Origin: Dendrobates tinctorius
Lineage: Eukaryota
DNA: 64,000 bases
Reading direction: 5' to 3'
NCBI RefSeq assembly: GCF_039654945.1
Contig: NW_027361825.1
Coordinates: forward strand, 34,348,001-34,412,000
Under the pieces are notes generated by a model that was not told where the DNA came from, did not search any database, and saw only the letters and a program-made list of their open reading frames with translations. A program made the position numbers and the translations under genes. Shown here in pieces: positions 62,095-64,000 of the stretch (position 1 is its first letter; every line of letters begins with the position of its first letter).

Positions 62095-63508
62095 CTGATC
62101 CTTGTAGCCCCCACTGTTCCCTCTACAGATCCTTGTGGTCCCCACTGCTCCTTGTACAGATCCTTGTACCCCCCCCCCTGCTTCTTGTACAGATCCTTGT
62201 GCCCCCCCCGCTCCTTGTACAGATCCTTGTGCCCCCCCCCCCCCGCTCCTTGTAGATAGTTGTGCCCCCCCCCGCTCCTTGTACAGATCCTTGTGGTCTT
62301 CACTGCTCCTTGTAGTCCCCACTGCTCCTTGTACAGATCCTTGTGGTCCCCACTGCTCCCGGTACAGATCCTTGTGGTCCCCACTGCTCCCGGTACAGAT
62401 CCTTGTGGTCCCCACCGCTCCCGGTACAGATCCTTGTGGCTCGCCCCACTGTTCCTTGTGGCCCCCACTGCTCCTTGTACAGATCCTTGTGGCCCCCACT
62501 GCTCCCGGTACAGATACTTGTGGCCCCACTGCTCCTTGTACAGATCCTTGTGGCCCCCCTGCTCCCGATACAGATCCTTGTGGGCCCCACTGCTCTTTGT
62601 ACAGATCCTTGTGGGCCCCACTGCTCTTTGTACAGATCCTTGTGGCTCCCCCCACTGCTCCCGGTACAGATCCTTGTGCCCCCCCCCCACTGCTCCCGGT
62701 ACAGATCCTTGTGGTTCCCTCCACTGCTTCTTGTACAGATCCTTGTGGCCCCCACTGCTCCTTGTACAGATCCTTGTGGCCCCCCCTGCTCCCAATACAG
62801 ATCCTTGTGGGCCCCACTGCTCTTTGTACAGATCCTTGTGGCTCCCCCCACTGCTCCCAGTACAGATCCTTGTGGTTCCCTCCACTGCTCCCAGTACAGA
62901 TCCTTGTGGCCCCCACTGCTCCTTGTAAAGATCCTTGTGGCCCCCCCTGCTCCCGATACAGATCCTTGTGGGCCCCACTGCTCTTTGTACAGATCCTTGT
63001 GGCTCCCCCCACTGCTCCCGGTACAGATCCTTGTGCCCCCGCCCACTGCTCCCGGTACAGATCCTTGTGGTTCCCTCCACTGCTTCTTGTACAGATCCTT
63101 GTGGCCCCCACTGCTCCTTGTACAGATCCTTGTGGCCCCCCCTGCTCCCAATACAGATCCTTGTGGGCCCCACTGCTCTTTGTACAGATCCTTGTGGCTC
63201 CCCCCACTGCTCCCGGTACAGATCCTTGTGGTTCCCTCCACTGCTTCTTGTACAGATCCTTGTGGCCCCCACTGCTCCTTGTACAGATCCTTGTGGCCCC
63301 CCCTGCTCCCGATACAGATCCTTGTGGGCCCCACTGCTCTTTGTACAGATCCTTGTGGCTCCCCCCACTGCTCCCGGTACAGATCCTTGTGGTTCCCTCC
63401 ACTGCTCCCGGTACAGATCCTTGTGGTTCCCTCCACTGCTCCCGGTACAGAGCCTTGTGTTTCCCTCCACTGCTTCTTGTACAGATCCTTGTGGCCCCCC
63501 ACTGCTCC
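62095..63508. repeat. ~30-34-bp minisatellite
   Basis: unit TACAGATCCTTGTGGCCCCCACTGCTCC(TTG/CGG) with variable C tracts. Confidence 0.95.
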
Positions 63509-64000
63509 CTAAGTTACCAATTTCTGACTCCCATTTAGAGAATATATACGGTATTTTACAAAGACTTTGTTCCCGGCCTCAGGACTCGTCCAGACGAGCG
63601 TATAATAAAGACAGCACTCAGACCAATGTAAATCAATGGGGCTGTTCAGATGAGAGGGTTTTTTTTTTTTTTTTCCACACAGCCCAAGTATCCATATGAA
63701 GAAAAAAAAAAAAAAGTTGCAGCATACACCATGGTATTCTTTATATCTGATGAAAATTGCTTATCCAAGTCCATGGTTGCGGAAAAAAATAAAAAAATCA
63801 GATCCCATGTGGAACATCCGTATCGCATCTGATTTTTACGGATACATTGGCATCAAGACAAATTTCTATTGTAGGGGTTACAGTGGCACCCAGAGCCCAG
63901 GGGGGCCTAAAAGATCCCTTTCACCCATGTAGATTATTACTATTAAAGACCTGTGTTAGCTGGGGACCCTGATGGAGATTTTGCATTGTGGCCCCCAGCT

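Noticed and set aside
62073-63699. Long ORFs on both strands
   Set aside because: Translations of a ~32-bp minisatellite with variable C tracts; no protein signature.

Overview
Vertebrate genomic DNA, most likely an anuran amphibian (inferred from the TE families and protein sequences). Three host genes can be rebuilt exon by exon with GT-AG junctions. MIA is on the minus strand (4 coding exons, 128 aa). SNRPA/U1A is on the minus strand (6 coding exons, 282 aa) and keeps its 3'-UTR polyadenylation-inhibition element. ACTMAP/C19orf54 is on the plus strand (6 coding exons, 298 aa, one U12-type intron) and lies head-to-head with SNRPA, as in the human 19q13 block. Most of the rest is nested mobile DNA: a 12-kb PIF/Harbinger transposon carrying a young Neptune-type Penelope-like retroelement (PLE) with three hammerhead ribozyme copies plus a solo LTR; an RT-deleted DIRS element; a fold-back Chapaev3-like element; a CR1 fragment; Tc1, piggyBac-, Kolobok- and hAT-type non-autonomous elements; many Harbinger MITEs; and four large minisatellites. 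The most striking observation is that two independent hammerhead-bearing PLE insertions each duplicated about 15 bp containing the putative TATA box of a DNA-transposon transposase gene (shared CTATTTA core). Both have the same architecture, and both 3' ends stop just upstream of a splice-acceptor-like site.
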